Origin: Actinomycetota bacterium
GTDB lineage: Bacteria; Actinomycetota; Thermoleophilia; RBG-16-64-13
NCBI GenBank assembly: GCA_012514635.1
Contig: JAAYZX010000072.1
Location: forward strand, 4,095-68,094
Direction of reading: 5' to 3'
Length of the DNA: 64,000 bases
Shown: positions 63,723-64,000 of the stretch, in pieces
Position numbering within the stretch: position 1 is the first letter of the stretch
Layout of the letters: each line of letters starts with the position of its first letter
The notes under the pieces: model-generated
Databases searched by the model: none
What the model saw: the letters and a program-made list of their open reading frames with translations, nothing else
What the model was told of the DNA's origin: nothing
Translations under genes and position numbers: made by a program

Positions 63723-64000
63723 CCGGTGCGGCCGCTGTGGCAGCAGCTCCTGCTGGCCACTGCTACAGCGGCCGCGTGCACACTAATCTGCTGGCCGCTG
63801 GCCGGATTCTTCCCTCTGGCCGAACTCGTCATGGTGTATGTGTTGGGAATCATCTTTGCGTCCGTCCAACTGGGACCTATGGCCTCGGCTGTGGCTGCCG
63901 TGATGTGTGCTGCATGCTTCGATTTCTTCTACGTTATACCGCATTTCAATTTCGTTCCCTCCGACCTGAAACACTTGGCCACAGTGGTTGGATTGCTGGC
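63723..64000 (+). CDS. Sensor protein N-terminus with DUF4118 (KdpD-type membrane) domain; runs off the window; start uncertain (GTG 63723 or TTG 63622)
   Basis: RPLWQQLLLATATAAACTLICWPLAGFFPLAELVMVYVLGIIFASVQLGPMASAVAAVMCAACFDFFYVIPHFNFVPSDL matches the DUF4118 pattern (L...N..M.YLL.V......G..P......L.S.L.FNFFF.PP). Confidence 0.45.

Overview
64 kb window from a high-GC (~62%) bacterial chromosome, probably an anaerobic Firmicutes-like lineage. This guess rests on the SLH domain, ECF transporters, selenocysteine formate dehydrogenase and 2-hydroxyacyl-CoA-dehydratase-type activases. About 60 protein genes are present on both strands, plus one tRNA-Lys, one cobalamin riboswitch and one selenocysteine insertion sequence (SECIS).

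Functional blocks, in order:
- (i) A 5'-complete ALDH7-like aldehyde dehydrogenase running off the window start.
- (ii) A selenocysteine-containing NAD-type formate dehydrogenase operon: fdhA with in-frame TGA plus SECIS, a ferritin-like gene, then a NuoE-NuoF fusion.
- (iii) Convergent CoA-transferase A/B genes, tRNA-Lys(CTT), a CDP-alcohol phosphatidyltransferase, a decayed hybrid histidine-kinase remnant, and glutamate dehydrogenase.
- (iv) A small-protein cluster: duplicated HTH-like protein, PadR, two tandem MPRGD-motif proteins, and a 19-bp palindrome.
- (v) A translationally coupled AlkD-like HEAT-repeat protein and B12-binding radical SAM enzyme, followed by Tag glycosylase.
- (vi) A complete Pho module (PhoR/PhoP-like two-component system, pstSCAB-phoU), plus thiolase, an Nfu domain protein, and a Pit/DUF47 pair.
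- (vii) MMPL transporter, HgdB-like protein, a 1083-aa double CoA-activase fusion, and a GGDEF sensor.
- (viii) SatP and a truncated MFS remnant.
- (ix) The most unusual locus: a cobalamin-riboswitch-controlled ~10 kb minus-strand operon (43898-53125). Its genes, in order: SLH-anchored DUF4430 protein, DUF4430 lipoprotein, EcfT, fused EcfA-A', an S-component, a squalene-cyclase/prenyltransferase-repeat surface protein, and an ExbB/TolQ-like plus ExbD-like (DUF2149-like) pair. It sits divergent from a cobA/btuR adenosyltransferase.
- (x) SDR, a second PadR, TauE/DUF1634, UbiB kinase, RlmKL, an ADP-forming acyl-CoA synthetase, and a DUF4118 sensor start at the window end.

No CRISPR array, rRNA or obvious transposase was seen. 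All calls come from reading translated ORFs and sequence motifs by eye; no database searches were run.
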